64,000 nt of DNA from positions 22,970 through 86,969 of the forward strand of contig JBKBRF010000031.1 of assembly GCA_046292385.1 (NCBI GenBank). The letters are read 5' to 3'. The stretch is from Armatimonadota bacterium. GTDB lineage: Bacteria; Armatimonadota; SYMT01. The translations under genes and the position numbers were made by a program. Every line of letters begins with the position of its first letter. Positions within the stretch are counted from its first letter, which is position 1. A model generated the notes under the pieces. The model saw nothing but the letters and a program-made list of their open reading frames with translations, had not been told where the DNA came from and did no database searches. Below, in pieces: positions 29,371 to 39,652 of this stretch.

Positions 29371-29536
29371 GGGTGGGTTCACTTTACGAATGTGCTTCGG
29401 GGGTTGGTTGGTCCGTTGCGGAGCGCTTTCCTTTTTGGCGTGAGAGAGTTCTTCACCGGGGGCCACCCCGTGCCCTCACCAGATATCGCTGGGGAAATCG
29501 GGAGGTTACTCCTGTGCCCCGCTAGCGCGGGGCGCG

Positions 29537-29664
29537 AAAGCAAGCCCCCCGTACTGGGGGCAAGCATTCGCACTCCAGAGGCCGAACCGGGAGGGGATTC
29601 CCTCTCGCCGAAAGTGAGACGGCTGCGGTGAAGTCTGTGGAGTGCGGTGGCTTGCCACCGCTTC
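29537..29664. repeat. REP-like inverted pair
   Basis: GAAAGC...CGCACTCCA followed by the inverted TGGAGTGCGGTGGCTTGCCACCGCTT. Confidence 0.5.
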
Positions 29665-29689
29665 CCCGGAGGGGAATTGCGTACGTGAG

Positions 29690-31498
29690 CTAGTCCACTG
29701 CCGTGCCGGTTTGCCGCGCCAGCTCTTTCGCTTGCTCGACCATGCCGCGCAGCAGCTCCACGCCGCCCTCCCAGAACTCCCGGCGGGAGACGTCGATGCC
29801 GACTTTGGCCAGGATCTCTTCCGGACGCAGGGAGCCGCCGGCGGCGAGGAGATCGAGGTAGCGCTCCACGAAGGCGGGGCCTTCCTGCTTGTAGCGGGCG
29901 TAGAGCGAGAGCACCAGCAGCTCGCCGAAGGCGTAGGCGTAGACGTAGAACGGCGAGGCGAAGATATGCGGGATGTAGTGCCACCACCAGGCATGCTCTT
30001 CGCCCAGGGTGAGCGCGTCGCCGAACATCTCCTGCATGCTGCTCTGCCAGAGCTCGTTGTACCGCTCGGTCGTCAGCTCGCCCTCGCTCCGGCGCGCCGC
30101 GTGGGCCGCCTGCTCGAAGCGGTACATCGCGACCTGCCGGAAGACGGTGGCGATGCTGTCCTCCAGCTTGCCGGCGAGCATCGCCAGCCGCTCCTTCGGG
30201 TCGGTGATCTGCTGCTGCAGCCGCTCGAAGACGAGGATCTCGGCGAACACGCTCGCCGTTTCCGCCAGCGGCAGGATCGGGTGGAAGTCGAGGTAGTTAT
30301 TTCGCGCCGCCAGTACCCCGTGGATCCCGTGTCCCAGCTCGTGCGCCAGCGTCATCACGTCGCGCGCGCGGTTGGTGTAGTTCATCAGGACGTACGGGTG
30401 GAGGTCCGGCGTGACGGAGCTGCAGAAGGCGCCGCCGCGCTTGCCCTGGCGCACCTCGGCGTCGATCCAGTTGCCTTCGAAGAACCGTCCCGCGATCTCC
30501 CGCACCTGCGGGGAGAAGTCGCCGAACGAGTTGAGCACCAGCTCCCGGGCCTCGCCGAACGGGATGTCCTGCTGCGTCTCGCCGATCGGCGCGTAGCGAT
30601 CGAGATGGTCGAGCTGCTCCAGGCCGAGCAGGCGCTTCTTCAGCCGGTAGTAGTCCGCGGCGACCTCGTAGTTTTCCCGCACCACCTGGACCATGTTCTC
30701 CACCACCTCGGCGGAGAGCTCGTTGTCCTCGTGGCGCGCCTGCTCCGGCGTCTCGTAGCCGCGGAGACGGTCGGTAGTCGCCTTGTTCTGTAGCAGGGTG
30801 TTGAAGATGAAGGTGAGCGGGTGGGAGTGCTCGCGGATCGTCTCCGTCATCGCGGCGCCGGCGGCGGCGCGGACCTCCCGGCTCGGGTCGTAGAGCAGCG
30901 CCATCGCCTCGCTCTGATTCATCTCCTTCACCTCCCCGTTCAGCCGCACGCGCAGCTTCCAGCGGGAGGTGGTCTCGGAGAAGAGGCGGACGAACGCGCG
31001 TGCGCCGGTGTTGTGGAGCTCGTCCATCACCTTCTCTTCCGGCTCGGAGAGATGGTGGCGAGAGATCTCGCGCTGGTGCTCCAGGAAATGCCGCCAGGGG
31101 GCGAGGCCCGGGTCCGCGATCACGCGGTCGAACGTCTCCTGCGGGATCTTGCCGATCTCCAGCTCGAAGAAGATCAGGTGAGCGGAGCTGGCGGTGTTCT
31201 CTTGCTGCAGCCGCTGAAAGAAGGCGCCTCGGGCCGGGTCGGCCGTGTCCGCCGCGAACATCAGGTGCGCGTAGGCGAGCGGCCGGATCTTCAGCCGGTT
31301 GAGCGCGTCGTACTCCTCCATTGCCTGCCGGAGGGTCTCGGGCTGAAGCTCCGCGGTGGCGATGCGGTTGCGGTACTTCGCCTCGAATTCCTGGGCCCGC
31401 GCCAGCGACGCGTCGAGATCGGTGCGGAGCGCCGGGTCCTCGAACCCGGTGTAGAGGTCGGAAAGATCCCACGCGGGGGGCGCCGATGGCGGAGTCAT
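29690..31498 (-). CDS. pepF: Oligoendopeptidase F, M3B family
   Basis: WDLSDLY, GKRGGAFC, TLAHELGH (HExxH), ETASVFAE, FYVYAY. Confidence 0.9.
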   Translation of the reverse strand: MTPPSAPPAWDLSDLYTGFEDPALRTDLDASLARAQEFEAKYRNRIATAELQPETLRQAMEEYDALNRLKIRPLAYAHLMFAADTADPARGAFFQRLQQENTASSAHLIFFELEIGKIPQETFDRVIADPGLAPWRHFLEHQREISRHHLSEPEEKVMDELHNTGARAFVRLFSETTSRWKLRVRLNGEVKEMNQSEAMALLYDPSREVRAAAGAAMTETIREHSHPLTFIFNTLLQNKATTDRLRGYETPEQARHEDNELSAEVVENMVQVVRENYEVAADYYRLKKRLLGLEQLDHLDRYAPIGETQQDIPFGEARELVLNSFGDFSPQVREIAGRFFEGNWIDAEVRQGKRGGAFCSSVTPDLHPYVLMNYTNRARDVMTLAHELGHGIHGVLAARNNYLDFHPILPLAETASVFAEILVFERLQQQITDPKERLAMLAGKLEDSIATVFRQVAMYRFEQAAHAARRSEGELTTERYNELWQSSMQEMFGDALTLGEEHAWWWHYIPHIFASPFYVYAYAFGELLVLSLYARYKQEGPAFVERYLDLLAAGGSLRPEEILAKVGIDVSRREFWEGGVELLRGMVEQAKELARQTGTAVD

Positions 31499-31668
31499 GA
31501 GTGCGGTGCCTTCGAACAAAACGGTGAAGGAGCGGCCCGAACGCCCGCCCTGCGAGGCGCCGAACCCGACCTCCTTAGCTTAACACGGACCGCCGCGCGG
31601 CTGCTTCCGAACCGAGCCAGTGTAAGAAAAGGAGATAAGGGGATTACTGGGGATAAGGGGATGTCCTA

Positions 31669-31763
31669 AGGGCAGAGGGATGAGGGCAGAGGGCGGAATT
31701 CCGAACCTCCGTGGACGGCGGGTTCGGTCCTCTGCACTCCGTCCTCTGCCCTCATCCCTTCTG
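31669..31763. repeat. 7-nt-period imperfect inverted repeat (REP-like)
   Basis: GGGATGAGGGCAGAGGGCGGA arm against TCCGTCCTCTGCCCTCATCCC arm. Confidence 0.6.
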
Positions 31764-31780
31764 ACACCGGTTCCGTTACC

Positions 31781-32335
31781 CTAACGCTTGTAGAGAACCG
31801 ACTCTCCGGAGCGGAGGAGGCCGGTGAAGAGGCCTTCCAGGGCGGCGACCCGGGCGGCGGGCTCGACCGCTTCTTTCAGGATGGAGAGCGCGGAATCCCG
31901 CTCGGTGTCGGTCGGGTCGCGGTCGAGGGCGATCAGGTAGAGGCCGCGGATCAGGGCGCGGTTGGGGCGCCGGAGCTCTTCGAACTCGCGGGTCTGGCAG
32001 AGCGCCCAGAGCACGTCGACCAGCGCGTCCGCCTTCTCGTCCGGGGTCTTAGCGTTCCGGATCACCTCCAGCCCCGCCTTGTTCTCCTCGGGCTTCGGCT
32101 TGCGGCCCATCAGCAAGAGCCAGACGTTCTCCATCAACCGCTCGTCGCGCGCGGCGGCCGATTCCCGCATGAACGCCCCGAGGAACGGGGAGACCTTCGG
32201 GAGCTTCCTGATCGCCTCCGTGCTCGCCTGCCGGAGCTCGCCAGTCAGCAGTCCCCGGCGGGAGAGCGCCTTCCGCATCTCCGGAGTCAGGTTCTTCGGG
32301 CGGCCGTCGCCGTCCCCTTTCGGATCGTCACTCAT
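31781..32335 (-). CDS. Hypothetical protein with two helical repeats (DUF1553-like module)
   Basis: LMGRKPKPEE...DVLWALCQTREF and ALDRDPTDTE...LFTGLLRSGES. Confidence 0.55.
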   Translation of the reverse strand: MSDDPKGDGDGRPKNLTPEMRKALSRRGLLTGELRQASTEAIRKLPKVSPFLGAFMRESAAARDERLMENVWLLLMGRKPKPEENKAGLEVIRNAKTPDEKADALVDVLWALCQTREFEELRRPNRALIRGLYLIALDRDPTDTERDSALSILKEAVEPAARVAALEGLFTGLLRSGESVLYKR

Positions 32336-32440
32336 GGGCTACAGCTCCCTGCTTCGAAAATGCCCCTCGAGGCGTAGGGCGATGGGTTGACACTCCGGCG
32401 CGGCCTACCGCCCGGCGTAGCGGCATCACACCGATAGCTT

Positions 32441-32475
32441 CCCTCTCCTCTCAGGAGAGGGGCCGGGGGTGAGGC
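32441..32475. repeat. REP element
   Basis: CCCTCTCCTCTCAGGAGAGGGGCCGGGGGTGAGG, a widespread REP layout. Confidence 0.6.
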
Positions 32476-32557
32476 CGCGTAAGCAGCAGCTACAACCGAT
32501 CTTTCACCCTTCCGGGGGGCTTCAGCGGTATCAACTCATCCGGGTAGTGCCGGACGA

Positions 32558-33154
32558 CTACATCTCCCGACGCCCTTCTAGCGCCTGCAGCAGCGTCGCC
32601 TGGTCCGCGTAGTCGAGGTCGCCGCCTACCGGCAGGCCGAAGGCAATCTTGGTCACGCGCACGTTGAACGGCTTGATCAGGCGGGCCAGGTACATCGCGG
32701 TGGTGTCGCCCTCCACTGTCGGGTTGGTGGCGAGGATCACCTCTTTCACGTCGTCCCGCTGGATCCGCTCCATCAGCTCCCGCACGTGGAGCATCTCCGG
32801 CCCGATGCCTTCCATGGGGGAGATAACGCCGCCGAGGACGTGGTAGCGGCCGGTGAACTCGTTGGTGCGCTCCATCGCCAGCAGGTCCCGCGCTTCCGCC
32901 ACCACGCAGAGCAGGCGCGGGTCGCGGCGGTCGCTGCGGCAGATCTCGCAGATCGGCTGGTCGGTGTAGTTGAAGCAGACGCCGCAGACGCCGATCCGCT
33001 GCTTCACGTCGACGATCGCGTCGGCAAGCTGCCGCGCTTCATCGGCGGGGATGCGCAGCAGGTGGAACGCCACGCGCTGCGCCGACTTCGGCCCGATGCC
33101 GGGCAGCTTCTCCAGCTCTCCCACCAATCTCGCCAGCGGTCTCGCGTAGTGCAT
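32558..33154 (-). CDS. recR: Recombination mediator RecR
   Basis: LPGIGPKSAQR HhH motif, C4 zinc finger, TOPRIM (ATNPTVEGDTT). Confidence 0.97.
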   Translation of the reverse strand: MHYARPLARLVGELEKLPGIGPKSAQRVAFHLLRIPADEARQLADAIVDVKQRIGVCGVCFNYTDQPICEICRSDRRDPRLLCVVAEARDLLAMERTNEFTGRYHVLGGVISPMEGIGPEMLHVRELMERIQRDDVKEVILATNPTVEGDTTAMYLARLIKPFNVRVTKIAFGLPVGGDLDYADQATLLQALEGRREM

Positions 33155-33349
33155 CTCTCTCCTCTTTCGGTCTCCGTCTCGTCCGGGTCAGCTCGCCTCG
33201 ATCCATTCCAGAGTTTCCGTCCTGCGTCCAGTGACTCTTACCGCTTCCGCCGGAGCGCGACAAAGGGGCGCGGACGCCGGCGGTCCGCACCGCAGCCGGC
33301 GCTCACGCTCGCATCCGCACCCCTCGCTCGCGCGTCGGCCGGGGACCGC

Positions 33350-33694
33350 CTACCCCATCATGCCGGGCGGAATGGGCAGGCCGCCGCTGATCTTCTCGAT
33401 CTGCTCGCGCTTCAGCGCGTTCGCCTTCTCCTGGGCCTCGCGGAAGGCGCTGAGCACCAGGTCCTGCAGCATCTCCACGTCTTCAGGATCGACCACCTGC
33501 GGATCGATCTCGACGTTCTCGAAGACGCCGGCGCCGGTGATCTCCACCCGCACCATGCCGCCGCCCGCGGAGCCTTCCAGCTTGGTGTTCGCCAGCTCCT
33601 GCTCCAGGTTCTGCATATCCTGCATGGCCTTCTGGGCCTGCTTCATCAGGTTGCCCATGTTGCCCAGGCCGCCCAGGTTTCCAAAGCCCCGCAT
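33350..33694 (-). CDS. ybaB: Nucleoid-associated protein YbaB/EbfC
   Basis: MKQAQKAMQ, GSAGGGMV, DVEMLQDLV; located between dnaX and recR. Confidence 0.95.
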   Translation of the reverse strand: MRGFGNLGGLGNMGNLMKQAQKAMQDMQNLEQELANTKLEGSAGGGMVRVEITGAGVFENVEIDPQVVDPEDVEMLQDLVLSAFREAQEKANALKREQIEKISGGLPIPPGMMG

Positions 33695-33772
33695 TCTCTC
33701 ACTCCTTCCGACCGCGCTCCGCGGCGAATCCTCTTCCGTAGTTTACCGCCATTTTCCCCGGTGCAGCGTCAC

Positions 33773-35806
33773 TCACTCCCCGGACCGGCGCTCGTCGACG
33801 ATGCGGCCCTCGAACACCTCGATCACGTCGTGCAGCAGCTCTCCGTCGCGCGGAGAGGCCGCCGCGGGAGCCGGCGGTCGGGAGCCGGGCGCCGGAGCGG
33901 CAGCGGCGGGAGAGCTGGCCGGGGCGGGAGAGCTGGCCGGGGCGGGCGCGGGCGGCTCCGGCTGCGGCTCCCGCCGCGAGGGCGCGCCCCCGGGCTGCCG
34001 GCCGCGGGCGCCGCCGCCGATCACCTCCGCGCGGACGCGGCACGAGGATCCCGCCACCCGCTCGATCACCTGCACGAGCGGCTCGCTGAACTGCTTGCCT
34101 TTTTGCGTGAACATGTCCGCCATCGTGGCGGAGGGAAAGCCGATGACCAGCTCGTTGCGCTCGATCCGCAGCGGCTGCGTATCGGCGAGGCAGACCTGGA
34201 TCGTCGCCTTGCGGCTGCGCTTCAGCTCTTCCAGCACCACGCGCCACTTGCGCCGGAGCAGCTCCAGGTCGGGCGCGGGGCCGCTGTCGGCGGCCGGGCT
34301 CCGGGCGGGCTCCGGCGGAGTGGCGGGGGGCTCTTCGCGGCGGACCGGCGCCGGTCGCGCAGGCGGCGCCGGGGGAGCGGCGGAGGGCGGCGGCGCGACT
34401 TCTCCCGCCAGCGGCTCCGACGGCTCCGACCCGAATAGCGAGAACATGTCGTCGTCATCGTCATCGCCGCCGGCCCGGGCATCGCCGACCGTCAGCGGCG
34501 GGAGCCCCATCTCACCGGTGCCGAAGCTCGCTCCCTTGCGCGCGGGGACCGGCTCCTGGGGCGGAGAGGGTGGCTCCGGAACGAACGGCGACGGCTCCTC
34601 GGCCGGTCGTGCCGCGGCGGGCTCCGGGCTCCGCGGGCGCTGCGGCGCCGGGGCGGGCAGCTGCGGCGCCGGTCGGGACGGACGGGCCGCCTCGGCTGCC
34701 GGCCGCGGGCGCTGCTCGGCGGCCGGCAGCTCCTCTACCGTCATCATCCGCACCAGGGCCAGCTCCACTAGCAGCCGCGGCTGCTCGCTCCACCGGGCCT
34801 CGCGCTCCGCCTGCGCCAGGATCTGGATGGCGGCGACAAGGCGCCCTTGCCCGAAGCGGCGGGCCTGCTCCTGCGTACGGGCGGCCTGGTCCGGCTCGCC
34901 GGGCGCGGGGCTGCCGGCCGCGGTGAGCATCAGCGTGCGGAAGTGGGCGGTCAGGTCGCTCAGGAGCTGCCGCGGATCCTTCCCCTCGCTGATCAGCTCC
35001 TCCAGCGTGCGGAAGAGCGTGGCGCCGTTCCCCTCCAGGATCGCGTCGCCCAGGGCGAAGAGCGTGTCCGCCTCCACCGTGCCGAGGACCGCGTAGACCT
35101 CCCTCGCGGTGATCTCCCCCTCCCCGAAGGCGAGCACCTGCTCCAGCAGGCTCAGGGCATCGCGCCAGCCGCCGTTCGCCTCCCGGGCGATCAGGTCGAC
35201 CGCCGCCCCGTTGATCGGCGCGCCCTCCTGCTCTGCCACCCAGCTGATCCGCTCCCGGAGCTGGTCCATCGAGGCGCGGCGGAAGTCGAACTTCTGGCAG
35301 CGGGAGATGATGGTGGGCGGAATCTTGTGCGCTTCGGTGGTAGCGAGGACGAACACCACCCGCGCGGGCGGCTCCTCCAGGGTCTTGAGCAGTGCGTTGA
35401 AGCCCTCGTTCGTGATCTGGTGGGCTTCGTCGATGATGATGACCCGGTACCCGCCGGAGGCGGCGACGTAGGCCAGGTTCTCCCGCAGCTCCCGCATCTG
35501 GTCGATGCCGCGGTTGGAGGCGGCGTCGATCTCCGTCAGATCGAGGTAGCGCCCCTGCGTGATCTGCTGGCAGGCGTCGCACTCGTTGCACGGCTCCGCG
35601 TCCTTCGCCTGGCGGCAGTTGAGCGCCTTGGCGAGGAGCCGGGCGGTGCTGGTCTTGCCGGTGCCTCGCGGGCCGCAGAAGAGGTAGGCGTGCGCCACCC
35701 GGCTGGCCCGGACGGCGTTTTGCAGCGTCCGCGTTACGTGCTCCTGCCCGGACACGTCCTCGAACGTCTGGGAGCGGTATTTCCGGTAGAGGGAGATATA
35801 GGCCAT
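33773..35806 (-). CDS. dnaX: DNA polymerase III subunit gamma/tau
   Basis: LYRKYR, GPRGTGKT, zinc site, EIDAASNRG, IIDEAH, SRCQ; Pro-rich linker and C-terminal domain. Confidence 0.97.
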   Translation of the reverse strand: MAYISLYRKYRSQTFEDVSGQEHVTRTLQNAVRASRVAHAYLFCGPRGTGKTSTARLLAKALNCRQAKDAEPCNECDACQQITQGRYLDLTEIDAASNRGIDQMRELRENLAYVAASGGYRVIIIDEAHQITNEGFNALLKTLEEPPARVVFVLATTEAHKIPPTIISRCQKFDFRRASMDQLRERISWVAEQEGAPINGAAVDLIAREANGGWRDALSLLEQVLAFGEGEITAREVYAVLGTVEADTLFALGDAILEGNGATLFRTLEELISEGKDPRQLLSDLTAHFRTLMLTAAGSPAPGEPDQAARTQEQARRFGQGRLVAAIQILAQAEREARWSEQPRLLVELALVRMMTVEELPAAEQRPRPAAEAARPSRPAPQLPAPAPQRPRSPEPAAARPAEEPSPFVPEPPSPPQEPVPARKGASFGTGEMGLPPLTVGDARAGGDDDDDDMFSLFGSEPSEPLAGEVAPPPSAAPPAPPARPAPVRREEPPATPPEPARSPAADSGPAPDLELLRRKWRVVLEELKRSRKATIQVCLADTQPLRIERNELVIGFPSATMADMFTQKGKQFSEPLVQVIERVAGSSCRVRAEVIGGGARGRQPGGAPSRREPQPEPPAPAPASSPAPASSPAAAAPAPGSRPPAPAAASPRDGELLHDVIEVFEGRIVDERRSGE

Positions 35807-35949
35807 CTAGCTGGAAGCTGGGAGACGAGAGATGAAAGAGGGGGCCGCGGCTCGGCGCGATTCGGGCGCGACTGCTCCCCACGCGGCCTTACCCCCGAAC
35901 GCAAAACGAGGAGGACGGCGTCCGCTCGTCCTCCCCGCCTGCTTGTTGC

Positions 35950-36221
35950 TTTGGCCGTGCACCTGCCTTCGACCTGCACCACGAGCGCGTTACTTACGAT
36001 TGCTACTCAGATCGGGTGGTCCGCATCACTCCGTCCACCTGCTTACCGTTGCTCCTTCCGGCCTGGCGGGGTTCACAGGTATTCGGCTGCGCGGGACCCG
36101 GTCCTCGGCGCAGCTACCGTAAGGCAGACCGCCGGGTGACAGGCCTGGGGCAGGAATTCAGCCCCGCTATGATGGGTTTCGGGTACAGGGCACCACAAGC
36201 TCCCCGCCTAGCACGACCAAA
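35950..36221 (-). ncRNA. ffs: Large bacterial SRP RNA
   Basis: Minus strand starts TTTGGTCGTGCTAGGCGGGGAG (Alu domain), contains GCCAGGCCGGAAGGAGCAAC (helix 8) and ends GTGCACGGCCAAA; upstream of dnaX; TATAAT at 36246-36251. Confidence 0.92.
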
Positions 36222-36364
36222 CTGTCCGGATCTCTCCGTGGCGCTATTATACCGGAATCCCGGCACCGGGGGAATGACGCCCCGGAAATGAGAACGGGAG
36301 GCGAGGTCGCCGCAGGTACCGCCGCGATCTCGCCTCCCGGGTATGCCGGCCGGAGCCGGAGGCG

Positions 36365-37819
36365 CTACTTACGCTCGGCCAGGAGCTTCTTGCCCGTGCC
36401 CAGGATGTCGTCGCGCTTCAGGACCAGGCTGGTGCTCAGGTAGCGCAGCGGGTACCGCTTGCCTTCCATCACCCCGCCTCGCTCCGGGTCTTCCTGGATC
36501 ATGTCGCTCGGCCCGCGCAGGTTCTCCCCGTGCCAGCCGTAGAGGTCCTGGATGAAGGCGGCCTGCAGGCGGGGGTTGTAGCTTACCACCAGCTCATACT
36601 CGTCCGCCTTCAGCGGATAGATCTCTTCCGGGTTCCGGTCCATGTCCGCCGGGTCCCGGTCCAGGTCGATCAGCTTCTTGAACTTGCCTTCCTTTACGGA
36701 GACGTCGTCCCACTCCAGGATGCAGTTCGCCATCTTGAAGTCGAACCCGCGCTTGATCCGCTCCTCGTAGTCCTTGTCCCGGATCAGGACGCGCACGCGA
36801 GACTGGTCCAGCACGTTGGTGGTGCCTTCCACCAGGATCTTCTTCGGCTCCACCCGGGTCACCGTGAACCGGATGTTCAGGTCAATCGGCTGGGTCCGGT
36901 TCAGCTTGCCGCCGCGCAGCCGCTCCACGTGGTTGGTGGCCACCTTCAGGTCGCCCCGCACGTTCTCGTTCGGCTTGTCCTTCAGCCAGTCTTCGGCGAG
37001 CTTCAGGTTGCTCTGGAAGAGACGCAGCGCCTCCGCCGTGTTCCCCTCCCGCTCCGCCAGGCGCGCCAGGCGCTCGTTGCGGCGGCGGTTGGTGATGTAG
37101 AGGTTGTGCTGCGCGGCGTCCAGGTTGGGACCCGCGGTGCCGATCGACTTCTCGCCCGCGGAGATCTCTTCTTCGGACTTCTGCCGGTTCTCTTCCCACT
37201 TCGTGATGGCCGCGTCGATGTCGCCCATCTTCTCGATGGCGTGGGCGAGCTGGTGCCGCACGAAGGCCGGGGCGGTCTCCCGTCCCGTCGTGGTGCCGCG
37301 CTGGGAGGCGGAGTCGTACGCGGCGGTCGACTTCTTGAAGTCCTTCGTCTTGTCGTAGTGCATGTACCCCAGCTCGAAGTAGAGGTCATACACTCCGTCG
37401 TTGTTCTCGCAGCCCTCTTCCAGGAACTGGATCCCATCCTCGATGAGACGCTTGTCCAGGAAGTTGTAGGCCATGTGCCAGGCGCCGGTGGCGTAGACGT
37501 CGAGCTGGTGCGGGTCGATCTTGGTGATGGTGTGGACCATCTTGATGATCGGCCGGTACTCGCCGCGGTGGAAGTAGTCGTCCGCCTGCACCCACATCAG
37601 CGAGGCGACCGCCTCCCGGATCCCGAGCACGGTCGGCAGCAGCGCCTGGAAGGCGGAGTCTCCCACCGCCACGTCGCGCACGTTGTTGCTCTTCACGGCC
37701 CTCCCGGCCAGCACGTACTGGTCGTGCTGCGGCTTGATCACCTCGCTCAGCGCGGCGCTTGCCACGAAAGTCGCTGCGAAGAGGCCCCATACGAGCTTGT
37801 TCGGCCCTTTCGGACGCAT
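36365..37819 (-). CDS. Membrane-anchored TPR-like protein
   Basis: N-terminal TM helix, LMWVQADDYFH, DPH..DVY, LYFELG helical repeats; coupled to the ABC genes. Confidence 0.7.
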   Translation of the reverse strand: MRPKGPNKLVWGLFAATFVASAALSEVIKPQHDQYVLAGRAVKSNNVRDVAVGDSAFQALLPTVLGIREAVASLMWVQADDYFHRGEYRPIIKMVHTITKIDPHQLDVYATGAWHMAYNFLDKRLIEDGIQFLEEGCENNDGVYDLYFELGYMHYDKTKDFKKSTAAYDSASQRGTTTGRETAPAFVRHQLAHAIEKMGDIDAAITKWEENRQKSEEEISAGEKSIGTAGPNLDAAQHNLYITNRRRNERLARLAEREGNTAEALRLFQSNLKLAEDWLKDKPNENVRGDLKVATNHVERLRGGKLNRTQPIDLNIRFTVTRVEPKKILVEGTTNVLDQSRVRVLIRDKDYEERIKRGFDFKMANCILEWDDVSVKEGKFKKLIDLDRDPADMDRNPEEIYPLKADEYELVVSYNPRLQAAFIQDLYGWHGENLRGPSDMIQEDPERGGVMEGKRYPLRYLSTSLVLKRDDILGTGKKLLAERK

Positions 37820-37820
37820 C

Positions 37821-38687
37821 TTAGACCTCCTTGCGGTCGAACACGTGGATTCCCACCAGCAGCCACAGCGCGCCGTAGAGCATGCCGTAGACGCTGACCT
37901 GAGCGGCATAGACCCAGTGGTTCACCGCGATCGGCACTTCCGGATGGACGATGCTGCCCATGATGTTGAAGTCGTGGAAGTGCGGCAGCGCGTAGTAGAT
38001 CCCCTTCGAGAGGAGGGAGGTGACCACCATCGACTGCTCGTTGCGGTTCGCGAGGGCGGAAACGAGCCACTGCAGCGAGCCGACGATCCAGATGAAGGCG
38101 GTGATGGAGAAGTTCACCGTCGGCGTCAGGAAGAGCGAGAGCGTGGTCGCGATGGCGGTGACGATCACGAGCTGGAAGTAGATCACGATCGTGGCGCGCG
38201 CCACCAGGATCATCTCTCCGAAGCCGCGCAGCATCCACTCTTTGACGTTCACCCCCTGGGACGCCTGGGTGAGCATCTGCTCCGCGGAGCCCTGCGGGGG
38301 GCGTGCCGCCAGCACGAAGAGGACGATCATCAGCACGATGCTCATGAGGCCGACCATGAAGCCGACCGTGAGCGCGCCGCCCAGGAACTTGCCGAAGAAG
38401 AACTCCCAGCGCTGGATCGGTTTGGCTAAGACCGAATAGATCGTGCGCCGCTCGATCTCGTTCGGGATCAGGAAGACGGAGGTGGTGATGGAGATGAGCG
38501 CCCCGAAGATGAGGATGATCACCAACTGCGTGGACTTGAACACGGTCGCCTGCTCGCGCGCCGTGAAGTAGTTCAGCATCAGCGCGAGGACCAGGCTGAC
38601 GAACGCCAGCAGCAGGAAGATGAGCAGGACCCGCTTGCGGAGCGCATCTCCGAAGGTGTTGCGGGCGATTACCCAGACGTTGTTCAT
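37821..38687 (-). CDS. ABC-2 type transporter permease
   Basis: IARNTF, EIERRTIYSVLAKPI.R, GKFLG, FDRKEV C-terminus. Confidence 0.88.
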   Translation of the reverse strand: MNNVWVIARNTFGDALRKRVLLIFLLLAFVSLVLALMLNYFTAREQATVFKSTQLVIILIFGALISITTSVFLIPNEIERRTIYSVLAKPIQRWEFFFGKFLGGALTVGFMVGLMSIVLMIVLFVLAARPPQGSAEQMLTQASQGVNVKEWMLRGFGEMILVARATIVIYFQLVIVTAIATTLSLFLTPTVNFSITAFIWIVGSLQWLVSALANRNEQSMVVTSLLSKGIYYALPHFHDFNIMGSIVHPEVPIAVNHWVYAAQVSVYGMLYGALWLLVGIHVFDRKEV

Positions 38688-38689
38688 GA

Positions 38690-39652
38690 CTACTTGCCCT
38701 TGGTCAACTGGTTCATCGTGCCGATGCGCCGGCCGGGCTGGTCCGCCAGGCCAACCGTCTCCACGAAGATCTCTTCGAGCGTGCGCTTCAACGGCATCAC
38801 GGAGATCAGGTGTCCCTTGTTGTTCCGGATCAGGTCCACCACGTCGTTCACGAGCGTCTCGTCCGCGCAGGTAACCCGCACGTGGCCGTTGTCGCTGTGG
38901 ACCGCTCCGGTCAGCGCTTCCAGCTTGCCCTTTACTTCCGCGCTCACGTCCCGCGCCAGCACCTCGGTCCGGCCTTCCGCGATCAGGTCGTCCACCCGGC
39001 CGGCCTTCACGAGCTTGCCGTAGTTGAGGATGCAGATGCGGTCGCAGACCAGCTCCACGTCGGAGAGCTGGTGGCTGGAGAGGAAGATCGTCTTCCCCTG
39101 GTCCCGCAGCGACTCGATCAGGTTGCGGATCTCGATGTGCGCCACCGGGTCGAGGCCGGAGGTCGGCTCGTCGAAGATCAGCAGCTCCGGATCGTTGATC
39201 AGCGCCTGCGCGATGCCGATGCGCTGCATCATGCCCTTGGAGTACTGCTTGAGCTGCTTCGCCTTGTCGTTGCGCAGCCCCACCAGGTCCATCAGGGAAT
39301 CGACCCGCTTGGCCCGGGCATCCTTCGGCAGCTTGAACAGGCGCCCGTAGAAGTCGAGCAGCTCGCCGCCGGTCAGGTGATCGTAGAAGTAGGGGTTCTC
39401 CGGGAGGTAGCTCACCTTCTCGCGCATCGCGATGGCGCCGGCCGGATGGCCCAGCACCTCGGCGGTGCCTTCATCCGCGTAGATCAGCCCCAGGAGCATC
39501 TTGATCGTGGTGGTCTTACCGGCACCATTGGGCCCGAGGAAGCCGAAGATTTCACCCCTCGACACTTCCAGGTCCAGGTGGTCCACGGCCACCACTTCAC
39601 CCCGCTGGAAGAACCGCTTGGTAAGTCCTTCCGCGCGAATAGCCAGGTCCAT
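38690..39652 (-). CDS. ABC transporter ATP-binding protein
   Basis: GPNGAGKTT, YSKGM, LIFDEPTSGLDP, SSH. Confidence 0.93.
   Translation of the reverse strand: MDLAIRAEGLTKRFFQRGEVVAVDHLDLEVSRGEIFGFLGPNGAGKTTTIKMLLGLIYADEGTAEVLGHPAGAIAMREKVSYLPENPYFYDHLTGGELLDFYGRLFKLPKDARAKRVDSLMDLVGLRNDKAKQLKQYSKGMMQRIGIAQALINDPELLIFDEPTSGLDPVAHIEIRNLIESLRDQGKTIFLSSHQLSDVELVCDRICILNYGKLVKAGRVDDLIAEGRTEVLARDVSAEVKGKLEALTGAVHSDNGHVRVTCADETLVNDVVDLIRNNKGHLISVMPLKRTLEEIFVETVGLADQPGRRIGTMNQLTKGK

Noticed and set aside
33773..35806. E. coli-type -1 frameshift site in dnaX
   Set aside because: No AAAAAAG heptamer seen; the only notable A-run (A5G near 34100) lies far downstream of the expected position
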